Position numbers and translations under genes: made by a program. 64,000 nt of DNA from a virus, in IMG/VR virus record IMGVR_UViG_3300014208_000031, positions 1 to 64,000 of that record. One strand, given 5' to 3'. Positions 48,990 through 59,549 of the stretch are shown here, piece by piece. Each line of letters begins with the position of its first letter. Within the stretch, counting starts at the first letter, position 1. The notes below the pieces were generated by a model. It saw only the letters and a program-made list of their open reading frames with translations, was not told the origin of the DNA and did not search any database.

Positions 48990-49058
48990 TAAGATAAGTT
49001 AATCCAATATAGTCTATTGGATTTTCTTTGATTATTTTTAAAAAATAAACACTATAAT

Positions 49059-49976
49059 ATGAATATCACCGAAACTAAATCAGTTGGTCAAAAATGGTCT
49101 GAAGAGGAAGTTGGATGGCTAAAACTAAATTATCCCATTAAGGGTGGAAATTACTGCGCTAATTATTTAGGGAGAAAGCCAAAAAGCATTATTAAGAAAA
49201 CTTCTTCTCTAAAACTACGAGTTAATCCAGATGTTACAAGCAAATTACAAAAAGAGTCTCATAGGGAAAGAAATAAAAAACGCATTTATTCGGTGAACCC
49301 TAAACAATTTTATAACATCCAAACTCCTGAAGTTGCTTATGTCTTGGGGCTTTTATGGGCAGATGGATGGATAATCAATAAACCATGTGGGCACACTGTA
49401 GCTTTAGCTTGTCAATTGAATGATTTTAATATGTTTAAACCTGTATTTGATAAAATAGGAACTTGGAAAACATACAATATAAATAGAAAAAACAGAAAAC
49501 CTGCTGGAGAATTTAAAATTAGCAACAAACCTTTAGTTCAATTCCTCATGGAAAATGACTATCTAGCGAAATCATCTTTATCTGCTTGTAAAATTCTATC
49601 TAGAATACCCGATAATTTGAAGCATATGTGGTTTAGAGGATTTTTAGATGGAGACGGGCATATTGGAAGAAAGGGTAAAATAATATCTTTTTGTAGTAGT
49701 TTTGAACAAGATTGGACTTTTTTACAGAAAATTTTAGATAAAAACGGTTTAACGTATAATATCCGAAGAAATGAGGTGATATGTAAGGATAATGGAAAAA
49801 TACATAGAAATTCTTATTTTGTTCTTCATGTTAGTTCTACGATGATTTTTGGAAATTTTATTTATAAAGACTATTTAGATAATCACATAGGTCTTCCTAG
49901 GAAATTTGAAATTTATTCTGAAATTAAAGATATTAAACCTAGAGATTATTTTCGGATATTTGATATAATTTTATAA
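49059..49976 (+). CDS. Free-standing LAGLIDADG homing endonuclease
   Basis: AYVLGLLWADG and WFRGFLDGDG. Confidence 0.9.
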   Translation: MNITETKSVGQKWSEEEVGWLKLNYPIKGGNYCANYLGRKPKSIIKKTSSLKLRVNPDVTSKLQKESHRERNKKRIYSVNPKQFYNIQTPEVAYVLGLLWADGWIINKPCGHTVALACQLNDFNMFKPVFDKIGTWKTYNINRKNRKPAGEFKISNKPLVQFLMENDYLAKSSLSACKILSRIPDNLKHMWFRGFLDGDGHIGRKGKIISFCSSFEQDWTFLQKILDKNGLTYNIRRNEVICKDNGKIHRNSYFVLHVSSTMIFGNFIYKDYLDNHIGLPRKFEIYSEIKDIKPRDYFRIFDIIL

Positions 49977-50014
49977 ATAGTGTAAAGGTCGGTAGTTACA
50001 AATATTATAAATCT

Positions 50015-50266
50015 ATGAAAAAATCTAAACTTAAACTAAATGAAATGAGTATTGCTAACGGCAAAGTATGGTTAGGAGACGAGATAGATGTGAATCACAA
50101 AACTAAACGGTCTTTGTCACTAGCTAGTTACGAAGAAAAAATAAATAAAATGAATTTACTTGATTTACAACATCATGCTGTAGAAAACCTTGTCCCTGTA
50201 AAAGAAAAACGTGAAAGCCTAATAGCTAGTTTAATCAAAGAGTTTAAAGTCCGCGGCGGACACTAA
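50015..50266 (+). CDS. Small helical protein, paralogue of 48303-48593
   Basis: Same motif as 48303; late promoter at 49959-49986. Confidence 0.6.
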   Translation: MKKSKLKLNEMSIANGKVWLGDEIDVNHKTKRSLSLASYEEKINKMNLLDLQHHAVENLVPVKEKRESLIASLIKEFKVRGGH

Positions 50267-50367
50267 ATTTAGTTACATTAAGTTTAATGTTTCTAGATAT
50301 AGAATCTTAGAAAAGTGTAAATTATACATTAGTCACAAATAATTAATATATTACATTTTAAACTTTT

Positions 50368-50709
50368 ATGAGTGTTCATTATGACTTGTCGGGAATTTCT
50401 CAGGGTTCAACCTACTCTTTAACTTTTAGGGCAGTCGATTCCGCCGGGGTTCCAGTTTCTTTATCTGGTTACTCAATCAGATCAACCATTAGAGAAAAAT
50501 ATTCTTCTACCACGGGAATAGCATCTTTTAATAGTTCTATAACTACCCCCAACTCTGGAATTTGTAATATAGCTTTAACGGCGTCCGGCGCGGCGGCTAT
50601 CGCGGCGGGAATATATTTATACTCTGTAGAAGTAGAAAATTATAGTACATTAGATGTAATTAAATTGTTAGATGGACATGCTTATGTCAATCCAGAAATT
50701 TTATATTAA
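50368..50709 (+). CDS. BppU-N-like Ig-fold virion adaptor protein
   Basis: ISQGSTY...PVSLSGY...G...IALTA..AA..AG.Y.YSVE...LLDG...V.P pattern. Confidence 0.6.
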   Translation: MSVHYDLSGISQGSTYSLTFRAVDSAGVPVSLSGYSIRSTIREKYSSTTGIASFNSSITTPNSGICNIALTASGAAAIAAGIYLYSVEVENYSTLDVIKLLDGHAYVNPEILY

Positions 50710-50718
50710 TTAATTTAA

Positions 50719-51666
50719 ATGCCTGAACCCGTAGATATAATAGTCATTGATTCGTCAATCCCTTCTGTTGTTGTACAGAATGATAGTATAAACATTGACA
50801 TTAATAACTCAATAGCTTTAAGTAATTATGTAGCAAAGGTGGAGTCGGGTCAATATTATAGTATTTATAATGTTAATAATTATTGTAATTCGGGAAATCT
50901 AAGTGGAGCCAGCGGGGTTTTACAAAATCAACTTAATAGTATATCAGGAATTGCTTTTGTACAGCTCACAGGGATAACTATTTCGGGGTCAAATGCGCTA
51001 GTTGATCTTGTAAAAATAACTGGAATCAATAATAATATTTCTATTAGCGGCAACACTATTGTTATTAGTGGTAATGATTTAAGTAATTATGCTGAATTAT
51101 CTTCTAGTAATATATTTAGTGGTTCTAATAGTTTTTATAGTTCTATTCAAATAACAAATAATGGGGCGGTGGGCGGGACACTAATTCTGCATGTTCCAGC
51201 GGGCTCACCGGCGGTTCCAAACCATAGTAAAATCCGAGCGGGTTATACGACGCAGCCAAGAACATTAACTACCCCGGACAAAGACGGATTGATCGCTGTT
51301 ATTTCTGATTTAAGTGGATATTACTTATCCGGTAATGGAGAATTATTAAGTGGAAATTTATTTCAGACGGGCGCAAATCTTTTTATAAATGATACTATTT
51401 TATCTGGTAAATTAATAAGTTTAAGTGGGGATATAACTAGAAAATACTCTACATATATTGGAAATGGAATTTCAACCGGCATAGTAGTTTCTCACGGACT
51501 AAACACTGATGATATAATTTGGAGTTGTAGAGCCACTGGACTAAGTGGAAATTATGATTTTGTTTATCCAACAGTTTTTAACAGCGGAGTAGGAAATTTA
51601 GTTTTTGGATTTGCATCGGGATTTACTCCACAAACCAATGAATATAAAGTTGTTGTAATAGGTTAA
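50719..51666 (+). CDS. Fibre-like virion protein
   Basis: SG-rich; C-terminal IGNG....VSHGLNT.D...P.TNEYKVVVIG. Confidence 0.6.
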   Translation: MPEPVDIIVIDSSIPSVVVQNDSINIDINNSIALSNYVAKVESGQYYSIYNVNNYCNSGNLSGASGVLQNQLNSISGIAFVQLTGITISGSNALVDLVKITGINNNISISGNTIVISGNDLSNYAELSSSNIFSGSNSFYSSIQITNNGAVGGTLILHVPAGSPAVPNHSKIRAGYTTQPRTLTTPDKDGLIAVISDLSGYYLSGNGELLSGNLFQTGANLFINDTILSGKLISLSGDITRKYSTYIGNGISTGIVVSHGLNTDDIIWSCRATGLSGNYDFVYPTVFNSGVGNLVFGFASGFTPQTNEYKVVVIG

Positions 51667-51674
51667 TTAAAAAT

Positions 51675-52116
51675 ATGAGAATTTTAGATCAATTAATTGT
51701 AGGTAGATCGGGTTCAACAGCTAAACTTTTTGTTGAAATAGATGCTACAGGAACGCCCGGAGTAGTAATACGCGCGGCTGCTGGTCAAGTTGCTAATTTG
51801 TTAGATATACAAAATAGTAGTGGAGCCAGCCTACTTACTATAGATAAAGATGGTAAAATAACTAATGGTGTTATTACGGGCGGTTCTATAGATAATGTTA
51901 TTATCGGCGGGACGACTCCGGCGGCGGGGACGTTTACTACGCTATCATCGACAGGCTTTTCGTGGACTCCCGCCTCGCGGGAGTTGCGACTGGCACTCGC
52001 GTATCGTGACCGACGCGCTAACGCCAACGCTCGGCTCAACCGTAGCGAGCGGAGGAAGCGCCGATGTCGTCGTCCGCAGCAACGGAACCAACTGGATCGT
52101 CACCGAAATTCTATAG
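51675..52116 (+). pseudogene. Fibre-like gene with an apparently frameshifted 3' end
   Basis: The N-terminus (IDNVIIGGTTPAAGTFTTL) and a plausible C-terminus (IVTDALTPTLGSTVASGG...SNGTNWIV) are in different frames, with AGVATGTR in the third. Confidence 0.6.
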
Positions 52117-52160
52117 AAACAGTTTAGCTTTAAATAAAAAGTATATATAAAATAAAAATT

Positions 52161-52412
52161 ATGAATAAATCACTATTAGAGAAAGAAGTTAAAGAATATA
52201 ATGAAATTATTGAACAAATTCAAAAACTACAAACCGAATTAAACAATTTGGAGCAAAAACGACTTATTAAGTTTGGGCGGATTCAATTAATCGAAGAAAA
52301 TTTATCTGAAAATAAAGACAAAAAATTTCAAGATGAAGTGATTAAGGAAATCAAAATTGATGAGGTTATTAAGGATAGTAAAAAATCTAAAGTATTAAAA
52401 GAAAAAACATAA
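52161..52412 (+). CDS. Coiled-coil protein (possible fibre chaperone)
   Basis: Heptad pattern; follows the fibre genes. Confidence 0.4.
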   Translation: MNKSLLEKEVKEYNEIIEQIQKLQTELNNLEQKRLIKFGRIQLIEENLSENKDKKFQDEVIKEIKIDEVIKDSKKSKVLKEKT

Positions 52413-52414
52413 TT

Positions 52415-52879
52415 ATGCATTTAATTGATTTATCTGAAAATTTATGGTTTGAATTGGGCGAGCCGACTGATACAAGTGTTGTTAAAATATTAAAATATTT
52501 AATTTTTCATATTGGAGATTTAAATGACTTAATAGCGGAGAATTATGTAATCTCGGGAAACGACAGCTCTCCAGAATTATCTGACGATACAGCAGCTATT
52601 TATGCTGCTCTTTATATGGATTATTATTATCAGAAACAATCTAGAGATAATCTCGGCGCAGCGGGAATTCAGGTCTTAGAAGTTCGCGAGGCCGATTCTG
52701 TAGTTAGAGTTGCTTCTAGAACTGAAGTTAGTAAAACATTTTTACAGTTAAAAAATCAAAACAAAGATTATTTGAATAAACTAGTAGATTCTTATCGGCG
52801 ATGGAAATGCGTCCCAGCGAGTTTGCATTCAAATTTTTATAATTGCGTGACATATCAAAAAACTTTACAACAGCCGTAA
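52415..52879 (+). CDS. Probable head-tail adaptor
   Basis: Helical 154 aa with a C-terminal beta hairpin (VLEVREADSVVR); position after the head module. Confidence 0.5.
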   Translation: MHLIDLSENLWFELGEPTDTSVVKILKYLIFHIGDLNDLIAENYVISGNDSSPELSDDTAAIYAALYMDYYYQKQSRDNLGAAGIQVLEVREADSVVRVASRTEVSKTFLQLKNQNKDYLNKLVDSYRRWKCVPASLHSNFYNCVTYQKTLQQP

Positions 52880-52882
52880 AAT

Positions 52883-53812
52883 ATGAATGGCATTGAAGAT
52901 TATGAAGAATTAAAAAATTTAGGCGGAGTATATTTTATATGGTGTATTCCGAATAAAAAATATTATATTGGTAGAACTAATAGTTTTATAACTAGAAATA
53001 ATAAGCATTCCAATGATTTAAAGAATCGTCTTCATAAAAATAAATTTCTTCAAGCAGATTGGAATATTTATGGAGAAGATAATTTTGTGTTTGGGGTTGC
53101 GAATGAAATTTATTATTATACTAGACAAAAAGCTGTTGAAATGGAGCAGTTTTGGTTAGATTACTATAAACCTTGGGATAGAAATATCGGTTATAATATA
53201 TCTAAAAAAGCGAATGGTTGGGATGGGAGTTTATTATCCAGAGAAGATAGAGAGAAAATAGGAATAAACATTCGTGGTAGATCATTTGAAATAGTATCGC
53301 CTAAAGGCGAATTGATAAAAAGTAAGGGTCTGAGAACTTTTTGTAGAAATAATAAAATTTCTGTAGAACCGATGAGGCTGGTTCTTGATGGGAAATTAAA
53401 ACATTATAACGGTTGGCATTTAGAGAGTACAGAAATCAATTTAACTAAATTTGAAAATTATAAATTTATTTCTCCCTCGGGGGAACTAGTTGAAATAGAA
53501 AGACTAAAACTAAAAGATTTTTGTAGAAAAAACAAAATCGGATACAGAGGAATACTTTCTATGTGGCAAAAAGTTTCTCCATATTGCGCGGGTTGGTCTA
53601 GATTTGATAATCCGCAGCATAGAATATTGTTATCTCCAAGTAATGAGATTTTTTATTTGGGCATGGGATATACCAGACAATTCGCCGAAAAACATAACTT
53701 ACATTATAGTGGTTTAAGATCAATTATTAATGGAAACTGTATAACACATCGCGGCTGGAAATATTTAGGTATGCTAAAATTGGAGAATGTTAATAATCTA
53801 TGCCCAGTTTAA
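52883..53812 (+). CDS. GIY-YIG homing endonuclease with repeated SP.GE DNA-binding modules
   Basis: GGVYFIWC...YYIGRT...R...H...EQFWLD...GYN. Confidence 0.88.
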   Translation: MNGIEDYEELKNLGGVYFIWCIPNKKYYIGRTNSFITRNNKHSNDLKNRLHKNKFLQADWNIYGEDNFVFGVANEIYYYTRQKAVEMEQFWLDYYKPWDRNIGYNISKKANGWDGSLLSREDREKIGINIRGRSFEIVSPKGELIKSKGLRTFCRNNKISVEPMRLVLDGKLKHYNGWHLESTEINLTKFENYKFISPSGELVEIERLKLKDFCRKNKIGYRGILSMWQKVSPYCAGWSRFDNPQHRILLSPSNEIFYLGMGYTRQFAEKHNLHYSGLRSIINGNCITHRGWKYLGMLKLENVNNLCPV

Positions 53813-55773
53813 TCTCTGATGCTCAAAAAAACCAAGCTGCTGAAATGATGGATAATTTAGCGCAGACTTATCAAAAATTAATTACCGTCATAACCGAAGT
53901 AGCTAATGCAACTATAATTGACGACGGTTCGTATAATTCTATGTCGGACAGAAAAGATTCTAACATAACTTATTCGGCTAACGTTCAGGAAATATACGCA
54001 CGTATAAAATTTCTTGATAAACCAGAAGATTATGCTGAATTAATTTTCGCGGGCGGAGGCGGCGGACAAGTTGGCGGAACGGCAGTTCCTTTAAGTCTAA
54101 AATTTGGAGTTATTAGATTAAAAATAGATAAACAGTATGAATCTTTAGTAGCAGGATCAAGCAAGATTATAGTAAATGGAGAAGACTGTCAATTTATTAT
54201 GAATTATGTTCCACAAAGTTTATTTGACACCAACTATTCACTTTGTTATGTAAATAGACAAAAGTAAATTTATCTGATTATGGCCACAACAAATAAAATT
54301 ACTATCAACCAAAGAGAATTTCGCGAAATAATCGGGAATGCCGCGGCTAAAATTGCGCTTGTCCCCGCGAAAAAACTTGCGGCTCAAATAGTAGAATTTA
54401 AAAAGAAAGAGTTTTTGGATGAATTTGATAGTCATGATGTCTCAACCGAAATAAAAGCCGGGGCCGAACCTAATTTTGGAATAGGAGATGCTAATGGTAA
54501 CTTATTTAGCTTTTTAGGATTTAACGCGGGGTCTGACCCAGTAGGAGATTTAAGAAGTTATTTAAATAAGTCAATAAAATTAGGACCAAGTTACGCCTAT
54601 AACAAAGGAACTAGAACTTATACGTTTAAAATTCAATTTCCAACGATTGATGAGATTAAAGAGGTTACAAATTTAGGAAATTATACAGATGACGGCTGGG
54701 GAGAAAATAGAAGCTGGGCGATTAGTATCGAAAGAGGAATTCCTGGTTTGAATCGGTATAAATATAGTTTAAATGAGAAAGAGCTTGGGGGGAATTCTAG
54801 ATCAGGGACGGGTTTGCAAAGAAAGAATATTTTGAGAAACTCTCAATATAAGCCGCGCAAGTATATTTCTGAATTATTAAAGATTCTATATAGTGTTTAA
54901 GTGTAAATTATTGTTATGATAAGTAGTTCTAATAATGATTTATATTACTCAGCTTGTCTTTATTTGCAGCATCAAATAGAACAACGCGGCGCGGCCTTCC
55001 GTAATCATAGCGGATATTACTATAAAGTAGAAGATAGAGAATTACCGAATTTAAATGTTTATGCTTTACCCTTTAAGAGTTTGATATATGATCATAGTAT
55101 TTCTGGAGCTACTATTCCCACTGGAGTTTGGGTAAATTCAAATTATGTAGTTAAAAATCAATCAGGTCTAATAGCTATTGATTATATTAATAGTCGAGCA
55201 ATATTTTCGGGCGGCTCAACTTATAGCAATTTAAGTGTTTCGGGCCGCTATGCTATCAAGGATTTCAATATTTGGCCATCGACAAAATCTGATGAAGAGT
55301 TAATTTTTGAAACTAAATACCAATTAAATCCTAGTTATAATAGAGGGTTGAGTGGAATTGATAAAAATGCATTAGTAGTCCCCGGAATATTTATAACTAA
55401 TTTAAATACCGAAAATGAAATATTGGCTTTTGGGGGATTACTTGAAAACACTACAAATATCCACTGTGTTATTTTGGCGGACAGTAAGGATCAACTCGAT
55501 GCGGTTGGCGGACTTCTGGCGGACGAAAAATATAGTTCTTTCCCGGTATTTAGCAAAACCCCATTAAATTATTACGGGGATTATAAAAGTGGTAATTATA
55601 ACTATATTGACTATATTGGTCCGACTAGTGGGCAAAACTTAGCTTTTATAGATGATGCAAGTTTTTATAGATTAAGCAGTAAAGATTTTAGTGATAAATA
55701 TCCAGACCTCAAGGCTGGCTTCTGTGAGTTTCACTGTAAGATGGTTAAGACAGTTAACCGATCAATATATTAA
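53800..55773 (+). CDS. Neck / tail completion genes (53800-54267, 54280-54900, 54916-55773)
   Basis: Order between the adaptor and tail tube; functions inferred from synteny only. Confidence 0.5.
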
Positions 55774-55900
55774 AGAAAACGAAGAAAAATTTCACTATTA
55801 AGAAAAAAAAGTGTAAATAGTTATACAGATTTAAGAAATTTATAAAAATAAACAATTTTTCAGAGTAAAAGAATTATAAAACACAGAAGGAAAAACTAAC

Positions 55901-57010
55901 ATGCCCAGAAATAGAACTATTAGTCAAAGTGAAGCGTTATTCGTAGGACCAATTACGGGGGTAGCTACTGGTTATCATTTAAATATTGGCGGAACAGGTG
56001 GCGTAAATTTAGTTCGGCAGCTTCACAGAGTTCAGACAATTGGCTATTCTGCCAGTGTGACTAGAACTCCCGTTAACCAATATGGTCAACTAGATGCGTT
56101 AGAACGTATTATTCTAGAAGCTCCTACGGTATCACTTAATTTTGATTATCTAGTAGCTAACACTTATAATGCTAATACTTTAGGATTTACAACTGACGGT
56201 AGTGCGTCGGTCGTTTCGGGTATTCTTACTAAAGCATCTGACGAACGTAACTATTTCGTGGTTACGAGCCGGGAGGGTTCAGACATTATAAATAATACGA
56301 CCGATGCAGATTCTACTAAATTCACTACAGCAGTCGGAAACGGATTTATTTCCAACTTCAGTGCTGAGGGCTCCGTTGGTAATTTTCCAGTGGAACGTGT
56401 TACTGTAGCTGGTCTTAATTTAGTTACATATATCGGTTCTACTGGTCTTGCTAACCCAGCCATTGTTCCCTCTGGTGGGCAGCGAGTTTCTACTTTAGGG
56501 GTAAATAACTTTACTATTCCTAGTGCGGTAAGTGGAGTTGATGGTGCTGTATCAGCAATCCGTCCCGGTGATATTACTTTAAATATTCCCGCTGCCGTAT
56601 TCGGTCCAGCCGTAAGTGACTTAAAAATTCAAAGTTATAATATTAGCGTTCCTCTATCTCGCCAGCCACTTACTAAACTTGGATCACCATTTGCGTTCTC
56701 ACAAGAAATTCAATTTCCAATTGATGTAACTCTGGCAGTCGAAGCTGATCTAGGTGATATGATAACGGGCGATCTTTCGTTGTTATACTGCACCGATTTG
56801 GCCCAACAAATTGACATAGATTTACGTCGTCCTCAGTGTGGCGGTGGCGGACCTATCGCGGTTCGTTATCGTTTAGTGGGCTGCAAACTTGATACTTACA
56901 ACACAACTAGTTCAATAGGAGCTAATAAACGTGTGAGCCTCAACTACGTTACAACTCTTGGTGGCCCACAAGCAACGAATGGGCTCTTCGTGAGCGGCTC
57001 AATCCAGTAG
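55901..57010 (+). CDS. Major tail tube protein
   Basis: Full late promoter at 55790-55817 and terminator at 57031-57060; two beta-rich halves (RVQT..YS..VTRT.VNQYGQ / KIQSYNIS..LSRQ.L.KLGS). Confidence 0.75.
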   Translation: MPRNRTISQSEALFVGPITGVATGYHLNIGGTGGVNLVRQLHRVQTIGYSASVTRTPVNQYGQLDALERIILEAPTVSLNFDYLVANTYNANTLGFTTDGSASVVSGILTKASDERNYFVVTSREGSDIINNTTDADSTKFTTAVGNGFISNFSAEGSVGNFPVERVTVAGLNLVTYIGSTGLANPAIVPSGGQRVSTLGVNNFTIPSAVSGVDGAVSAIRPGDITLNIPAAVFGPAVSDLKIQSYNISVPLSRQPLTKLGSPFAFSQEIQFPIDVTLAVEADLGDMITGDLSLLYCTDLAQQIDIDLRRPQCGGGGPIAVRYRLVGCKLDTYNTTSSIGANKRVSLNYVTTLGGPQATNGLFVSGSIQ

Positions 57011-57085
57011 ATATAGTTAATTTTTAATTTACTGAAAGAAATAAAAGTCTTTCAGTTTTTTAAAGGATATAATGTATTATTACAT

Positions 57086-58294
57086 ATGAATATACTACCA
57101 GAGTCAGAAGTTAAAATAAAACAATTTTATATTGCCGATAAATTATCTATTAGAAGAATATCTCAACTATTAAAAATTGACGAGAGACGTATTTCCAAAA
57201 TTCTAAAACGATTAAAAATCCCTATTAGGACTACTCAATATACTAGTAGGAAATATAATTTAAACGAAAATTATTTTGAGAAAATTGATACTCCCGAAAA
57301 ATCACAAGTATTAGGAATGATATATGCTGACGGATGCTTATCTAAAAGAACAGAAAGGTCTAAGGCTTTATCTATTATTCTTAGAGAGCCCGACAATGAT
57401 TATTTGGAGTTTATAAAAAATCAAATGGAATATACGGGACCAGTCAATAGAATAAATCCAAAAGGTAAGAATGCCTTTTACTATATTTTAGCTGTTACTT
57501 CAATAAAAATATTTGATGATTTAAGTTTAATAGGATTAACAGAAAGAAAATCTTTAACTATAGGCTTTCCAGACGAAAGCAAAGTTTCTCAGAACTTGTG
57601 GAAATATTTTATAAGAGGATATTTAGAAGGTGATGGAAGTATCTTCAATATTCGCAAAGACAAGAAAAATAAGAATGGAAAAAGTAGATTTCTAAGTGGA
57701 TATGTATCATTTTGTGGGACAATGGAATTTTTACTTAAACTACAAAGTATATTAGAATTAAAATTACAAATAAAATCTTCCATTTCTCGAAAGAAAAAAT
57801 TAGAACAACGAAATATAAATTCTCATTCATTAAGAATTTCTGGAAATTTACAAGTTATGAAATTTTTAGATTGGATTTATGAAGACTTTAAGTTTGTTAT
57901 GCCGCGAAAACATCAAAAATATTTAGATTTAAAGAGCGATATAGAATATCGAGAATCAATTAAAGATCAACTATTAGAAGAAAAAAGAGAGCTTTGTCGA
58001 ATTTTATCTACCGGACGAAAACATACAGAAGAAACTAAGAAAAAATGTAGAGATAAAAATATAGCACATGCAAGTTTACATAAAAATAAAGAAAGATGGG
58101 CTATTAGCCCTGATGGTATCATTTATCATATTAAAGGGATTAATCCATTTTGCAAGGAGTTTAACTTAACTGGTCCTTATTTTGGTAAAATTACTCACTT
58201 AGATTATCCACCCGGTCATAAATGTCAAGGTTGGATAAGATATGATTTTGACCCAAACAATCCGCCAGCCGAATATATAAAAAAGTTTTACTAA
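57086..58294 (+). CDS. LAGLIDADG homing endonuclease with NUMOD3-like motif
   Basis: VLGMIYADG, FIRGYLEGDG, GRKHTEETKKK. Confidence 0.9.
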   Translation: MNILPESEVKIKQFYIADKLSIRRISQLLKIDERRISKILKRLKIPIRTTQYTSRKYNLNENYFEKIDTPEKSQVLGMIYADGCLSKRTERSKALSIILREPDNDYLEFIKNQMEYTGPVNRINPKGKNAFYYILAVTSIKIFDDLSLIGLTERKSLTIGFPDESKVSQNLWKYFIRGYLEGDGSIFNIRKDKKNKNGKSRFLSGYVSFCGTMEFLLKLQSILELKLQIKSSISRKKKLEQRNINSHSLRISGNLQVMKFLDWIYEDFKFVMPRKHQKYLDLKSDIEYRESIKDQLLEEKRELCRILSTGRKHTEETKKKCRDKNIAHASLHKNKERWAISPDGIIYHIKGINPFCKEFNLTGPYFGKITHLDYPPGHKCQGWIRYDFDPNNPPAEYIKKFY

Positions 58295-58378
58295 TTTAAA
58301 TTTCATATTCCCTTAAAAATAGTGTAAAGATAGATAGCCCTAAAAAGCAAGGAATAAGAAGTTTTTTACATTAAAAAT

Positions 58379-58657
58379 ATGCACAACCAGGATCAAGACG
58401 AAGTTATTAGATTTCAACTACAGCGAATTTTTGCGGTATTAGGCCGCGGATTACTTGTTATGGTAGAGGATTTAAAAAGTGTTCACGATAATAACTTTAA
58501 TAAGCTCCAAGACAATTTGCCGCCCGAATGCGGGCCAGTTGTTGACATGAGTAATTATTTTGATAATAGTAGATATAATTGGTGTAGAAAAAGGATTTTG
58601 GACCAAGTAAATAGCTCAAAGAGAGACTTGGAAGAAATTTTAAAAAATACTAAATAA
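58379..58657 (+). CDS. Hypothetical late protein
   Basis: Full late promoter at 58301-58328. Confidence 0.65.
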   Translation: MHNQDQDEVIRFQLQRIFAVLGRGLLVMVEDLKSVHDNNFNKLQDNLPPECGPVVDMSNYFDNSRYNWCRKRILDQVNSSKRDLEEILKNTK

Positions 58658-58658
58658 T

Positions 58659-59537
58659 ATGTCTAGATTGATATTTTTTGAAGAAAATGATAAGGATTTT
58701 ATGGTTTCTGAATATTCTAAGGGTATAACTTTATTACAAATTGGTAAAAAATTTGGAGTTAATCCACATACTATTAGGCGAGTATTATTAGAAAAGAACA
58801 TAAAAATAAAAACCCGCTCAGATGCTAGAAGAGAATTCTTCTTTGATCAAGATTATTTCAAAATCATAGATACTCCCGAAAAGGCACAGATTTTAGGATT
58901 TATTTATGCGGATGGGAATGTTTGTGGTGGACAGTTGAATATTGTATTAGCATCAAGAGACAAAGATTATCTCTATCAGATTAGCCGAGCTTTAAATTAT
59001 GAAGGAAAAATTACCGATAAAACACTATTGCCGGGCGACGGTCTAGGTAAAAATATTTGTTTTAGTTCTAGGTTGAGTGTTAGGTCAATTAAAATGATTG
59101 GAGACTTAAATAAAAAGGGTGTTTTCCCAGCAAAATCTTTGACTTTAAAATTCCCTACACCAGATCAGGTTCCTAACTATCTGCTTTCTCACTTTATCAG
59201 AGGTTATTTTGATGGGGACGGAAGTATTTGTATCGTTAAAAAGGATGCTACAATGACTTTTTGTGGAACTATGGAATTTCTTAAATCAATACAGTTAATT
59301 ATTAAAAATGAATTAAATGTTAACTCTTATATACGAAACCAAAGTGTTTATAAAAATACGTCTTCAAATATAAATTCTTTTATTCTAACGGTAGGAGGGA
59401 ATAAACAGGTAAAAAAATTATATTACTGGTTATATGAGAATTTTTCTTTCTCGTTAAAAAGGAAATTAGATAAATTTTTAGAATTAGAAAAATTATATCA
59501 CGATAATATTATTAAATCAAAACTAAAGAGTTATTAG
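58659..59537 (+). CDS. LAGLIDADG homing endonuclease (related to 57086)
   Basis: ILGFIYADG, FIRGYFDGDG; shares IDTPEK.Q.LG and FCGTMEFL with 57086. Confidence 0.9.
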   Translation: MSRLIFFEENDKDFMVSEYSKGITLLQIGKKFGVNPHTIRRVLLEKNIKIKTRSDARREFFFDQDYFKIIDTPEKAQILGFIYADGNVCGGQLNIVLASRDKDYLYQISRALNYEGKITDKTLLPGDGLGKNICFSSRLSVRSIKMIGDLNKKGVFPAKSLTLKFPTPDQVPNYLLSHFIRGYFDGDGSICIVKKDATMTFCGTMEFLKSIQLIIKNELNVNSYIRNQSVYKNTSSNINSFILTVGGNKQVKKLYYWLYENFSFSLKRKLDKFLELEKLYHDNIIKSKLKSY

Positions 59538-59549
59538 AACAATGAAACT

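Noticed and set aside
46453-59537. Group I introns around the free-standing endonuclease genes
   Set aside because: Flanking genes look complete, the spacers are too short for intron cores, and several have terminators and promoters.
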